A program made the translations under genes and the position numbers. Below are positions 62,970 to 64,000 of a stretch of 64,000 bases of DNA, piece by piece. The DNA comes from Chiloscyllium plagiosum (Eukaryota), in the NCBI RefSeq assembly GCF_004010195.1, contig NC_057728.1, forward strand, positions 46,117,290 through 46,181,289, given 5' to 3'. The notes beneath the pieces are model-generated. The model worked only from the letters and a program-made list of their open reading frames with translations, was not told where the DNA came from and ran no database searches. Position 1 is the stretch's first letter; every line of letters begins with the position of its first letter.

Positions 62970-64000
62970 TCTGTGTGTTGGCATTGAGTGGCATAGTGGA
63001 TATGAGGCCCTGAGGAATGAGGCGAGTATGTGTTTGCATGGAGGTAGGATAGAGGGTTTAAGAAGTCATGGAATGAGGAGGAAGTGCTTGAAGGCCCAAC
63101 AGCTTCTGACACAACTAGTACACATTCGCAAAGAAGCAAAGTTGACCTTCAAAACAGCAAAGTTCCATAAGCACTATGGCCATCTCATAATTTGTTTTTG
63201 TTATCAGTGAGACCAAATCCATCCAACATCCACTCCAAAGCCATTGGGAAATTTCTCAAATCAAGCTATTCATGTTTGTAGAACAAATCCACCCACAGAA
63301 ATCAGGACAATAGCAGGTTGCGTAGGGAGGAAGATGGGGGAGGTTGACCAGGAAAACAATGGGGTTTTCAACTCTACAGTTTTAATTAAGACATGGATAA
63401 GGGTCAGAAGCATTCTGATGATTGGATTGTATCGGGAAAAATAGGGCCTTTAGCAAGTAACTGTTTGGGGCCTTACTGGGGAACTCAGATTCTTTATTAC
63501 CACTTCCTGGGATTTGTTGCCCCATAGCTCAAGGAAGCTGAAATATTGGAATGCTCGGGTAATTTTCCAAAGGCCCTATTTCTGCTGGTGCAATGAGCAG
63601 ATAACCACTATGTGTCATGGGCAGTTCACACAATCCAGGCCAGAAACGGAAAATTGGAAATTTGATGGAGGGTGAGAGACTTTGAAAGACCGTTTTGAAA
63701 AGTGAAGAGGGAAAGGAAAATAAAATGCATTTTATGGCCCTGAAAAGCAGCTTAAGTAGATGCTGTGCATTTTTTGTAAATAAGTGGCAATCTCACGAGG
63801 ATGGAAGTAAATTCTTCAGTCACCTAAAAAGATCAGTAGAAGAAATGCTGAGGTAACCAATAAGCATGACTGCCATCTCACTTCTGTCTTAAGTATGGGT
63901 ATGGCTGTCAGTTATCTGTTCAAAATCTTTACCTATGGATGTATTTCACTGAACCTTTTCAAGAAAAAGTATCATTGACCAGGAAATCTGCAGAACATGG

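Noticed and set aside
1..64000. CRISPR array, operon or prokaryotic defence system
   Set aside because: No regularly spaced repeat-spacer array or gene-dense region. The content is vertebrate retroelement-rich DNA.

Overview
Eukaryotic, AT-rich and repeat-saturated DNA that looks elasmobranch (shark), judged from HE1/V-SINE-like SINEs, CR1 LINEs and two Penelope-like element (PLE) families. I found no intact host protein-coding gene. The recognisable coding sequence is transposon-derived: many CR1 copies (some keeping the ORF1 zinc-finger/esterase region), two decayed Gypsy pol relics, a Harbinger transposase relic, an RTE tail, a young PLE RT fragment and a 3.2-kb inverted PLE GIY-YIG structure. 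The most interesting signal is about 15 PLE-tail insertions, mostly 0.1-0.4 kb. Most have 10-16 bp target-site duplications (TSDs), many are fold-back palindromes, and they carry minimal hammerhead ribozyme (HHR) motifs whose stems covary between two families. Their 5' ends and fold-back points cluster on the ribozyme, and one insertion captured about 400 bp of foreign DNA. Several unique minus-strand blocks may be decayed exons. All five N-gaps lie in or next to repeats. Family names come from motif recognition, not database searches, and boundaries of old repeats are approximate.
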